Shown one piece after another: positions 9,685-18,161 of a stretch of 64,000 nt of DNA. This DNA is from Terriglobia bacterium (GTDB lineage: Bacteria; Acidobacteriota; Terriglobia; 20CM-2-55-15). A program made the position numbers and the translations under genes. The DNA lies in contig CBDAOY010000008.1 in assembly GCA_965198225.1 (NCBI GenBank), positions 736,001 through 800,000 of the forward strand, read 5' to 3'. The notes beneath the pieces are model-generated. The model was not told where the DNA came from. It worked only from the letters and a program-made list of their open reading frames with translations, and ran no database searches. Positions within the stretch are counted from its first letter, which is position 1; each line of letters begins with the position of its first letter.

Positions 9685-11364
9685 ATGACGAAGCCAATGC
9701 CGGATGCGATTCTCGAGGTTGTGGAAGAGGTTGGCACGACCCGGACCGTCCACATCACCGAGACCCCGTTCCGGATCGGTCGGAGCGGGGGAGGAAAGAA
9801 TCACCTGGCGCTGGAGGACGGGCGGATATCCCGTCAGTCTGCGGCGATCCGGTTCGAGGATGGACAGTTCTACCTCGAAGACCTGGGTCAGCGCCGTGGT
9901 CTGTTCCTGAACGGTGGGAAGGTCAACGAACCCCTGCCGCTCCGCGAAGGGGACGTTGTGACGTTCGGCAACGCGGAGAGCATCAATCTGATCTTTCGAA
10001 GCGGCCCGACGAAGGAGTCCCTGACCAACCTTTTGTCGCGTCTCGATCAAACGTCGGTCACCGAGGAAACCGGCGATCGGGATCTGAGGCAGCTCAGCCT
10101 GCTTCTCGAAGCCACCGCCCTGCTCCAGGCACACATGCCTTTCCAGGAAGTTCTCGGGGCCATGGTCGATCGGGCCATCACTGTGACCGCGGCGGATCGC
10201 GGGGTGTTGATCGAGGCTGATTCGGAGCGCGAATTGCGGCCGTTGGTGGCACGCCGCCGGGGTGGATTCAACCTGCCGGTCAACAGTGTCGAAGCCAGCA
10301 AGACCGCGATCGATCACGCGCTTGCCGAACATCGTGGCTTTATCGAGCAGGACGTCGACCTGGCCGACGAGTCGGTGCGACAGGCCGAGAGCATCGTCAA
10401 CCAGCAACTGCGCTCGGTCATCGCCATACCGCTGTACTCCATGGCACGGGTTCATTCGCTCGACTCGACGAGCTTGTCGTCTGGAGGAAACCTGCTGGGC
10501 GTTCTCTATCTCGACAGTCGCCGTCCGGCAGCGTTTTCCGGATTGGACAAGCAGATCCTGGACGCGCTGGCGATCGAGGCCGCCAGCGTCATCGACAATG
10601 CGCGGATGGTCGAGATCGAGCGAGAGCGCCGCCAGATGGAACAGGATCTGTCCATCGCCAGGGACATCCAGCAGAGGCTCCTTCCGAAGGAGATCAAACC
10701 GTATCCGTTCTTCGAGGTCACCGGCGTCGACGATTCCTGCTATTCGGTCGGCGGAGATTATTACGACCTCGTTGACCTGGGACCGGAACGCACGGCGTTC
10801 GTTATCGCGGACGTGGCCGGAAAGGGCCTGGCTGCAGCTCTGTTGACAGCGATGATCCAGGGCGGTTTCGCGGGCATGAGCTTGACGCAGGATCCGACGC
10901 GCTTGATCACCCACTTCAACCGGTACATCTGGGCGCGTTCGGAACCCAATCGGTACGCAACGGTCTTTATGGGGTTGCTCGACGAGCAGGGCCGGTTTGA
11001 CTTCATCAACGCCGGCCATCACTCGGCCCTGCTCGTGCGCAACGGCGATGTCGACGAGCCGTTCCAGCCCGATAGTTTTCCGGTCGGTATGTTCCCAGAC
11101 GCCGAGTTTGCAACCAGAACCTCCCAGCTGGAGCCGGGCGACACGCTCGTGATGTTCACGGACGGCATCAACGAAGCCGTCGACGCAAAAGGGGAAGAGT
11201 TCGGAACGGAGCGGTTGCGCGAGGTCGTGCATTCCAACGCCGAGTCATCGGTTCAAGAGATTCAGCAGTCGATCCTGAAGGCCGTTTCGGAGTTCGTTCA
11301 CGGCGCGGACCAAGCCGACGATATGACGTTGCTGATACTACGTTATACGGGAACAGTGAATTAG
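9685..11364 (+). CDS. FHA-GAF-PP2C (SpoIIE/RsbU-type) phosphatase
   Basis: FHA (IGRS..ISR..S..G.FLNG), GAF (GVLYLDSR), PP2C (VGGDYYD, DVAGKG, FTDGINEA, DDMT). Confidence 0.9.
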   Translation: MTKPMPDAILEVVEEVGTTRTVHITETPFRIGRSGGGKNHLALEDGRISRQSAAIRFEDGQFYLEDLGQRRGLFLNGGKVNEPLPLREGDVVTFGNAESINLIFRSGPTKESLTNLLSRLDQTSVTEETGDRDLRQLSLLLEATALLQAHMPFQEVLGAMVDRAITVTAADRGVLIEADSERELRPLVARRRGGFNLPVNSVEASKTAIDHALAEHRGFIEQDVDLADESVRQAESIVNQQLRSVIAIPLYSMARVHSLDSTSLSSGGNLLGVLYLDSRRPAAFSGLDKQILDALAIEAASVIDNARMVEIERERRQMEQDLSIARDIQQRLLPKEIKPYPFFEVTGVDDSCYSVGGDYYDLVDLGPERTAFVIADVAGKGLAAALLTAMIQGGFAGMSLTQDPTRLITHFNRYIWARSEPNRYATVFMGLLDEQGRFDFINAGHHSALLVRNGDVDEPFQPDSFPVGMFPDAEFATRTSQLEPGDTLVMFTDGINEAVDAKGEEFGTERLREVVHSNAESSVQEIQQSILKAVSEFVHGADQADDMTLLILRYTGTVN

Positions 11365-11367
11365 CAG

Positions 11368-11491
11368 GTGTAGGTGCGGTATATGACCGCACATTCTTCG
11401 AACCGAAACGCCGTGCGCTCATAGAGCGCACCTACACTTGATCTAGGGTTTCGCCCTACGGCTCGCTGTGCGGTCATAGACCGCACCTACA
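11368..11491. repeat. GTAG-type REP cluster (3 units)
   Basis: Same consensus and same linker TCTTCGAACCGAAAC as 4594-4717. Confidence 0.85.
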
Positions 11492-11492
11492 G

Positions 11493-12305
11493 TTACCGGA
11501 ATAAGAACTCCTTCAGTTCGCCCAGCTTTTCCAGTCCCAGCCCCATGATCGCTCCTTCGTGGACTTCGCCGTCAACTGCGAAGAAAAGTTTAGGCTCGTT
11601 CGCCGCATCGAACAGTTCGGCGCCGAGGTCGAACGGGAGGACGGGGTCGTCCTGGGCATGGATGATGGCGATCGGGAAGCGGATGCGGCCGATCTTTCCG
11701 ATCGAATCGTAGCGTGTGCGCAGAATCCAACCCATTGGGAGCCCGAAGATCCGCCGGGCAACTCCGGCAACGCTCGTAAGTGGAGCCTCGAGGATCAATC
11801 CGCCGACCCGTTCCTCGCTTGCGAGATCCACACTGACCGCCGTGCCCAGCGACTGGCCCATGAGATAGATCTTTTCTGGGGCGTAACCTCGCGACCGCGC
11901 ATAGTCGTAGGCTCCCCGGATGTCGGAGTACGTTCCTTCTTCCGACGGACTCCCGTCGCTGTTACCGTAGCCGCGGTAGTCGTAAGCAAAGACATCAATC
12001 TCGAGTTCCTGCCTGAGGAAGTCCGCCATCTCGCGCCTGTGGCCGATGTTGCCGCCGTTCCCGTGGCTGACGATCAGCACTCGCCCGGCGCCATGCGGGA
12101 GGAACCATCCGTGCAGGCGCGTTCCGTCGCGAGCCTCGAAATACACGTCGTCGTGGGGGGATGACGGGCTCCCGATGACGCCGCCCGTCGGGTAGTAAAT
12201 CAGTCGATGTTCAAACAGCAGCATGTAAGCAACCAGCACGACGGAAGTGATGACGACGATACGCACCAGGGGCAAAAGTGACCGGGCGTGGCGAAAAGGG
12301 GGCAT
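11493..12305 (-). CDS. Membrane-anchored alpha/beta hydrolase (ABHD/Bem46-like)
   Basis: HGNGGNI, YDYRGYG.SDG.PSE, GQSLG nucleophile, HAQDD; the longer ORF to 13691 is antisense read-through. Confidence 0.88.
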   Translation of the reverse strand: MPPFRHARSLLPLVRIVVITSVVLVAYMLLFEHRLIYYPTGGVIGSPSSPHDDVYFEARDGTRLHGWFLPHGAGRVLIVSHGNGGNIGHRREMADFLRQELEIDVFAYDYRGYGNSDGSPSEEGTYSDIRGAYDYARSRGYAPEKIYLMGQSLGTAVSVDLASEERVGGLILEAPLTSVAGVARRIFGLPMGWILRTRYDSIGKIGRIRFPIAIIHAQDDPVLPFDLGAELFDAANEPKLFFAVDGEVHEGAIMGLGLEKLGELKEFLFR

Positions 12306-12428
12306 TTCTGGCGAGTCTCTCTCAGGCGTGGTCCGAGCGCAAGCGCCGATGCCCAAAACTCGGTCTTTCAGACAGCCGGGACTTGTGCTGAAATATGCCG
12401 GTCGAAGCAATCCGGAGGAGTGTTTCTT

Positions 12429-13379
12429 ATGCAGCGATTCTCGGTTTATCTGACCCTCTTTCTGCTTCTGTGCGTTGGAGGCACGGCCGTCGCCCAGGAT
12501 GTGATCCGCACCTCGAACCCCGGCGACCGGGGTCTGGGCGAAGACGACTTCCCGAGAGTCAAGAGGATCGCTCGGAATGTCTATACCTACGAAGCGCTGA
12601 CAGGACCGGCCGACGACCGCTACACCACGAACACGATGTTTGTCGTCAGCGACGAGGGTGTCCTGGTTGCCGATGGCCAGGGAAACCCTGCCGAGACGGC
12701 GCGGCTCGTGGAAGAGATCGGCAAGATCAGTGACGCGCCGATCACGCAGGTCGTGATCTGTTCCGATCATGGGGATCATACGAACGGCAACGTGTCGTTT
12801 CCTCGGACGGCCGACTTCATCGCTCATCCAGACTCGAAGGCGAATCTGGAGCGCGCGGCGAGCAATCCCGCCCGGAGGCCCGATGCACCTGAGGTCGTGA
12901 TGCCGACGACACTGGCCCAGGACCGTCTGGTCGTGGAACTCGGGAGTACGGAAATCCAGATTCTGTTCCTTGGTCGGGCACATACCGGCGGAGATCTGTT
13001 CGTCTACCTGCCGGAGGAAAAGATCCTGTTCACGACCGAGGTCTTCCTGAACCGGCTCTTTTCGGGTTATCGCAGCTCCTACCCGAGCGAGTGGCTGGAG
13101 GTTATGACCAAAGCGGAAGAGCTCGACGTCGATGTCTACCTTCCAGGCCACGGTTTCATCGATGATCCTGAGGTTCTCGAGGAAGAATGGTTCGCGTACA
13201 AGCGCCACATGGAGGTCGTACTTGCAGAAGTCCAGCGCCTGCACGCGGCGGGACTCTCCGTTGAGGACGCGATCGATCAGGCGGATTTCGGCGAGTACTC
13301 CACGTGGTCCGGAGCCGAATCGCAGGGGCCCATCGGGATCCGGCGGATCTACGCGGAGCTGAACGGAGAGTTGAACTAG
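12429..13379 (+). CDS. Secreted MBL-fold metallo-hydrolase (cyclase-like)
   Basis: Signal peptide; SDHGDHTNGN, GRAHTGGD, PGHG; RBS GGAGGAG. Confidence 0.85.
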   Translation: MQRFSVYLTLFLLLCVGGTAVAQDVIRTSNPGDRGLGEDDFPRVKRIARNVYTYEALTGPADDRYTTNTMFVVSDEGVLVADGQGNPAETARLVEEIGKISDAPITQVVICSDHGDHTNGNVSFPRTADFIAHPDSKANLERAASNPARRPDAPEVVMPTTLAQDRLVVELGSTEIQILFLGRAHTGGDLFVYLPEEKILFTTEVFLNRLFSGYRSSYPSEWLEVMTKAEELDVDVYLPGHGFIDDPEVLEEEWFAYKRHMEVVLAEVQRLHAAGLSVEDAIDQADFGEYSTWSGAESQGPIGIRRIYAELNGELN

Positions 13380-13450
13380 TGGCCTGTAACAGTGCGATCG
13401 GTACCTGCGTTCGGCGGAACGGCGTCGGATTCTAGGAGTGACGCTCGAGC
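13376..13450. mobile_element. Truncated left part of the E2-type structured MITE
   Basis: Near-identical to 46073-46147 (CTAGTGGCCTGTAACAGTGCGATCGGTACCTGCGTTCGGCGGAACGGCGTCGGATTCTAGGAGTGACG); starts on the MBL gene's TAG. Confidence 0.85.
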
Positions 13451-13490
13451 TGAAGGCTGATTGCTCTGCGATACTTGAAGAATTAGTGGG

Positions 13491-13519
13491 TTGACACACT
13501 TCAGGCGGGAGTTCAAACT
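13491..13519 (+). promoter_or_regulatory. Sigma70-like promoter of the phhA leader
   Basis: TTGACA-17 nt-CAAACT; predicted TSS a few nt before ATG 13530. Confidence 0.65.
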
Positions 13520-13529
13520 TGTTGTTGCG

Positions 13530-13664
13530 ATGAACCTCGAGAGCACAAATCGAATTGGACAAACCGACGACGCGGCCACTGCCGCAGCCCAGCGGCGTGC
13601 TCTGTCTGCCGGCTACTACTTTTATTACTCTTACGCGTACTCGCGGAGGTGGATAGCCGGGTAA
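13530..13664 (+). CDS. Tyr-rich attenuator leader peptide (44 aa)
   Basis: MNLESTNRIGQTDDAATAAAQRRALSAGYYFYYSYAYSRRWIAG*; 6 Tyr in 9 codons just upstream of the hairpins. Confidence 0.8.
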   Translation: MNLESTNRIGQTDDAATAAAQRRALSAGYYFYYSYAYSRRWIAG

Positions 13665-13689
13665 GCTGATCGAAACAGCAAAGGATTTC

Positions 13690-13732
13690 AAAGCCCGCTT
13701 CCACCGACGGTGGAGGCGGGCTTTTTCTTTTT
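13690..13732 (+). terminator. Intrinsic terminator (3:4 hairpin of the attenuator)
   Basis: AAAGCCCGCTTCCACC-GAC-GGTGGAGGCGGGCTTT followed by a TTTTTCTTTTT tract. Confidence 0.9.
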
Positions 13733-13749
13733 GGAAGGAGGAAACTCAG

Positions 13750-13920
13750 ATGATTCACGATCCATTCGATGATCCGGGCCTGGAGGTGGCCTGGGAACCT
13801 GCACCAGATGACGAGCCACCGGCTCGCCTGTTGCGGTTTCCCGGGGTCACAGTCGCTTCCGAGTTCGACGAGCGTGTGTTGAACGACCCCAAGGAGGTCC
13901 TCGATGGAAGTCGCGCTTAA
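13750..13920 (+). CDS. Small acidic hypothetical protein (56 aa) preceding phhA
   Basis: RBS AAGGAGG; MIHDPFDDPGLEVAWEPAPDDEPPARLLRFPGVTVASEFDERVLNDPKEVLDGSRA*; overlaps the phhA start. Confidence 0.5.
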   Translation: MIHDPFDDPGLEVAWEPAPDDEPPARLLRFPGVTVASEFDERVLNDPKEVLDGSRA

Positions 13921-14767
13921 GAGCATCGCTTTCCTGGACCTTGACCACCCCGGCGCCAGGGATCCGGTATACCGCCTCCGCAGGGATTCCATCGCGCAAC
14001 TGACTCGGGAGTCGAGAGAGAAGGGAGAGCCGCCGCCGGTTCTCGAATACACCGAAGAAGAGCATGGCGTCTGGAGGATCATTTGCACCAGGCTGGGTCC
14101 GCTGCACGAACAGCATGCGAACAGGCGCTATCTGGAGGCGAAGAAGGCGCTTCGAATACCCGAGGATCACATTCCGCAGCTTCGGGAGTTGAGCGATCGA
14201 CTTGCCAGCTACCATGGTTTTCGGCTCGGGGCGGTCGAGGGGCTCGTCGATTCCCGGAGCTTCCTGAGCCAGTTTGCGCAGAAGTCGATGTGGTGCACTC
14301 AGTACATCCGTCACGCCTCCAGGCCCGAATACACACCGGAGCCCGACATCATCCATGAGGTCATCGGACATGTACCCGCGTTCACGGACAAGGACCTGTG
14401 TGACCTTTCGGTTTTGATCGGCCGGGCGGCGAGGGTTGCGAATGAAGAACAGCTCGAGCAGTTGGAGCGGATCTACTGGTTCACGATCGAGTTCGGGCTG
14501 ATCGAAGAGGCCGGACAGGTGAACGCCTACGGTGCGGGCCTCCTGGGTTCATTCGGCGAACTGCAACACGTGTATTCGGGAGAAGTCGAGAGGAAACCTT
14601 TTGTTCTGGATGAAGTCGTCAACGCGACCTACAACCACACCGAGATGCAGTCCAGGCTGTACGTCGTCCCGTCGTTTGCATTCTTGAGGGAACAGATCGA
14701 GCTCTACCTCCGGAAGTACGGGTTGGAGCATGCGCTGGAGAAGGAAGAAGTGACGAGCGAGCAGTGA
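13904..14767 (+). CDS. phhA: Phenylalanine 4-hydroxylase (biopterin-dependent aromatic amino acid hydroxylase)
   Basis: CTQYIRH...P.YTPEPDIIHEVIGHVP, YWFTIEFGL, AYGAGLLGSFGEL; Fe ligands His, His, Glu present. Confidence 0.93.
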   Translation: MEVALKSIAFLDLDHPGARDPVYRLRRDSIAQLTRESREKGEPPPVLEYTEEEHGVWRIICTRLGPLHEQHANRRYLEAKKALRIPEDHIPQLRELSDRLASYHGFRLGAVEGLVDSRSFLSQFAQKSMWCTQYIRHASRPEYTPEPDIIHEVIGHVPAFTDKDLCDLSVLIGRAARVANEEQLEQLERIYWFTIEFGLIEEAGQVNAYGAGLLGSFGELQHVYSGEVERKPFVLDEVVNATYNHTEMQSRLYVVPSFAFLREQIELYLRKYGLEHALEKEEVTSEQ

Positions 14768-14844
14768 GAAGAAGAAGTGGCGAGTGACAAGTGACGAGCA
14801 AGAAAGGACATAGAATGGGGACAGTCTCAACTGTCCCCATTCTA
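14749..14844. repeat. Heptamer tandem repeat (AGTGACR) plus GGGGACAG palindrome
   Basis: AGTGACGAGC..GAGTGACAAGTGACGAG; TAGAATGGGGACAGT-CTCA-ACTGTCCCCATTCTA. Confidence 0.65.
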
Positions 14845-14927
14845 TCGTACGTGTTTTGTTGCGTTTAAGGGACCCCTCGCACGCACCCGGTCCCCGCGGC
14901 GCAGCCGCCAACGGCCTACGACCTCCC

Positions 14928-16958
14928 CTACCGCTGGTCTCCTCCCCCCATCAGGTAGTCCCAGTGCTCCCGGGCCCGGCCGAGGATCCGCGGAAGGTCT
15001 TCCCCGAGAAGGTACCCGTCGTCGATCAGTTCGATCGCAGCCTCGGACACCAGGCCCAGGTAGTGCTCCCGGCTCTGGTAGCGTTCCTGGATCGAAGACC
15101 TCGGGTCGTCTTTCTGCATGCGCTCGGTCCGCGTGAGAGGGAGCGGTATGTAGGACCCCTGCATCCCTGACAACACGTTCTCCGGTCCGGATTCCGGACG
15201 GAACAGGTTCCAGCCGGTGTAGGTCGCAAGCGGTACTGCTACCTCCGGCATTTTGAGGCCGCCGACCTCGTTGCCGTCCGCATCGACCTGGGGAACCATC
15301 ACCGGAAAGCTGGACAGGACTGCCGGGGGTTCGATCGTCACGATTCCCTTCGTACGAAACTCCGGACCGTAGTCCGCGCGATAGGCGCCGTGGGGAGCGG
15401 CGGGCTGACCCACGCCCGGGAGTTCGGGGAAATCCACGTCCGCGGGAAGGACCAGTTCGTCACCGGCGATGCGCGGATAGCTGCTCGCCGGTGGAGGTAG
15501 TCCGTCCCGCGTCCAGTTGTCCATCGCCAGGAGCAGGCTCCGCATGAACCAGGAGTAGTCGTTCGGATTGCTCAACTGCTGCCCGCTGGTTTGTACCGGA
15601 GGGAATCGTCCGGGCCCGTGCTGGCCGCCGGCGAACGAGTAGATGCGGACGTTCTCCATCAACGGTATGTCTTCCAGACCGTCGATGGTCGTATGAATCA
15701 ACGATGCCGCCCGGCCCCAGTACTCGTAGGACGAGTTCGTGTAGAAGACCTTCGGCAGGAACTGCGGTTCGACGCGTGACAGGAGACCGTCCCGGATGCC
15801 CGTCTCCGCGTCGTTCTGCTCGACGTCCGTGAACGGGAAGATGTCGCTCGGGTAGAGCTTGTTCAGGAAAGGATGCCCGTCGCGGGACGGCTGCGCGAAC
15901 CGATGGTTGAAGCTTCCTCGGCCGCCCCCGGCCACGTGGGCGATGACGCCGTCAAAGGCCTTCCGGTGCCCCTCGTCCTCGTTGAACCCATAGTAGAGAA
16001 ACGTCCGTAGAAACCGGCCGCTCTGGGAGATGCCAAAGGCCAGGGCCCTGTCGATCGCGCCCTCGGGCAGCGAGAGTTCTTCGGAGGAGCCGTACTTCAG
16101 GCGCGAGACCGCATCCCGGATGGCAGCAGAACCCAGGCCGACGAGCGGCGGATCCTGCGACGTGTAGACGACGTCGTAGAGCTTGTGGGGTTCGAATCCG
16201 CCTGCCAGATAGACGCGCCCCCGATCCGGAACGACCTGTCCGTCCTCCAACCTCGCGAACTGCCACTGATCGCGGGGGACGACGCGGCGCTGGCCATCGA
16301 CCGAGTCCCGGACCGTCATCACGTTGGTGGAAGCATCCGGGTTCGCGACCAGGTAGGGGATGTGGTTGCGGTCGGCCAGGGACGCGTCGAACACCTTCCG
16401 GTTCACCACGACCTCACTCCGGACCAGGCCCTCGAGGGCCTCCCCGTCGTCGGTGGCGATCGGGGGATAGACACGAACCAGCCCATCCCGGAGGGGAGGA
16501 TCGAACTGCCAGCCCAGCCACAGCAGGGTGAACCCGTTCCGCATCAGGAAGCCGTCGCCCATATGCGCTTCGGTCTCCGGATCGATGCTTCCCTGGCCGC
16601 GGTTGAAGTATCGCAACATACCCTTGCCGCCCCGGTTCGACACTTCATAGAGGACCGTGCCGTTTCCCCTGGCGGCATCTTTCGGTTTGATGAGAAAGAA
16701 GTCGGAGTGAAATTCGACCCGGCCGCGTGTGTTTCGGGGCGCCAGGTCGATGTCGGCGATGATTCGGTTGGCCGAGTTGGCTGGATCGACCTCGAAGTAG
16801 ATCGTGCCCACCAGCTTCTCGTACGCGCCGGCCAGGCCATAGGCCTTCCCGACGGCCAGGTCCTCGCGCGAATGCACCTCGATACGAACGACTTCGGCCG
16901 ACGCGGTCGAAACGGCCAAGAAAACCACCGCTAGAAGTATGGGTAGGGAGCGACGCAT
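14928..16958 (-). CDS. Secreted alpha/beta hydrolase-domain protein (Abhydrolase_10 type)
   Basis: Signal peptide; YEVSNRG, GWQFD, GISQSGRFLR, EYWGRAASL, VDADGNE.GG, PLATYTGWN. Confidence 0.82.
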   Translation of the reverse strand: MRRSLPILLAVVFLAVSTASAEVVRIEVHSREDLAVGKAYGLAGAYEKLVGTIYFEVDPANSANRIIADIDLAPRNTRGRVEFHSDFFLIKPKDAARGNGTVLYEVSNRGGKGMLRYFNRGQGSIDPETEAHMGDGFLMRNGFTLLWLGWQFDPPLRDGLVRVYPPIATDDGEALEGLVRSEVVVNRKVFDASLADRNHIPYLVANPDASTNVMTVRDSVDGQRRVVPRDQWQFARLEDGQVVPDRGRVYLAGGFEPHKLYDVVYTSQDPPLVGLGSAAIRDAVSRLKYGSSEELSLPEGAIDRALAFGISQSGRFLRTFLYYGFNEDEGHRKAFDGVIAHVAGGGRGSFNHRFAQPSRDGHPFLNKLYPSDIFPFTDVEQNDAETGIRDGLLSRVEPQFLPKVFYTNSSYEYWGRAASLIHTTIDGLEDIPLMENVRIYSFAGGQHGPGRFPPVQTSGQQLSNPNDYSWFMRSLLLAMDNWTRDGLPPPASSYPRIAGDELVLPADVDFPELPGVGQPAAPHGAYRADYGPEFRTKGIVTIEPPAVLSSFPVMVPQVDADGNEVGGLKMPEVAVPLATYTGWNLFRPESGPENVLSGMQGSYIPLPLTRTERMQKDDPRSSIQERYQSREHYLGLVSEAAIELIDDGYLLGEDLPRILGRAREHWDYLMGGGDQR

Positions 16959-17035
16959 GATTCCTCCTGTGGGTCTGGGAGTGTCGTTGCAAACGTAATT
17001 GTAAGGGGCTTAGGTGTCAATCAGTTTTGGGGGAG

Positions 17036-17113
17036 AGAAGAAGTGACGAGTGAAGAGTGACAAGTGACGAGTCGGAGGCGCACTCCTTTAACTGACTACT
17101 GACTACTGACTAC
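17036..17113. repeat. Short tandem heptamer repeats (GTGACRA / ACTGACT)
   Basis: AGTGACGAGTGAAGAGTGACAAGTGACGAGT and ACTGACTACTGACTACTGACTAC. Confidence 0.7.
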
Positions 17114-17165
17114 CCACATGCTGTATCATTCCAGAATCCTGATTCCTTCCGAGAGGCACAACATC

Positions 17166-18122
17166 ATGAAGAAACCTATCGTCACAGTCGTGCTGGTTTT
17201 ATCGCTATTCGCCGGCAGCGGGCTCGCTCAGACAGACAGCCATGTTTTCGTGTTGAACAAGCAGTCCGACACGTTGTCGATCATCGATGCCGCTTCCCTG
17301 GAGGTGAGTGCGACCATCGAGGTCGGGCAGCAGCCTCACGAACTGGCTATCGTTCCGGGCGGTGGCAAGGCATACGTTTCGAACGTGGGGGAGAACTCCA
17401 TCTCGGTCGTCGACCTGAACAGCCGTTCCGAGACTAAGAAGATCACGACGCCGGATTTCTCGTTCCCACATGGGATTGCGTTCACACCCGACTCGAGGAT
17501 CGCGGTGGTGACGAGCGAGCGCGCCCAGAAGATCGTCATCATCGACGCTCAGGCGGATGAGATCCTGCGCTCGATCGACACGCCGGAGGCCGGAACCCAC
17601 ATGGTCGTGCTCGATTCGACCGGTCGCTGGGCTTATTTTTCGAACCGCGACTCGAACACGGTTTCGATCATGGATCTCGAGGACTACAGCCTGGTCGCCT
17701 CGATCCCGGCGGGCGACGGAGCCGAGGGTATTGCGCTCTCGCCCGACGGCAAGCAGGTCTGGACCGGCGACCGCCGCGGCAATAGCGTGACCGTCATAGA
17801 CACCGAGAGCCGCCGCGTGATCGAGCGGTTGCCGGGCGGCGAAGCGCCGATTCGGGCCGCCTTCAGTCCGGATGGTTCCCGTGTCTATGTTCCCAATTCG
17901 TCTTCGGCCGACGTTTGGGTGTACGACAGCCAGTCGCGTGAGCATCTAAAGACGATCGAGGTTGGAGGCAGTCCCGGCGGTGTAGTGTTTTCCGACGACG
18001 GATCGAAGGCCTACGTGGCGTGCGGCGGGGAAGGCGCGGTCTACGTGATCGATACCGCGAGCCTGGAAGTCACCGGCAAGGTCGGCGTCGGCCGGGGTCC
18101 GGACGGGATCACTTATCGGTAA
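17166..18122 (+). CDS. Secreted YVTN/YncE-type beta-propeller protein
   Basis: Signal peptide; repeated VG..PH....PDG...YV.N.....VSVID blades. Confidence 0.85.
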   Translation: MKKPIVTVVLVLSLFAGSGLAQTDSHVFVLNKQSDTLSIIDAASLEVSATIEVGQQPHELAIVPGGGKAYVSNVGENSISVVDLNSRSETKKITTPDFSFPHGIAFTPDSRIAVVTSERAQKIVIIDAQADEILRSIDTPEAGTHMVVLDSTGRWAYFSNRDSNTVSIMDLEDYSLVASIPAGDGAEGIALSPDGKQVWTGDRRGNSVTVIDTESRRVIERLPGGEAPIRAAFSPDGSRVYVPNSSSADVWVYDSQSREHLKTIEVGGSPGGVVFSDDGSKAYVACGGEGAVYVIDTASLEVTGKVGVGRGPDGITYR

Positions 18123-18161
18123 GGCGGCGGGCAGATGCTGGTGCCCGCAAGGAGGCGTTCG

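Noticed and set aside
11493-13691. 732-aa minus-strand ORF as a large fusion hydrolase
   Set aside because: The N-terminal ~460 aa are the antisense of the MBL gene. Homology starts only near 12305.
13530-13732. T-box riboswitch upstream of phhA
   Set aside because: No recognisable T-box (AATTAGGGTGGTACCGCG-like) or specifier stem. The leader-peptide model explains all the hairpins.
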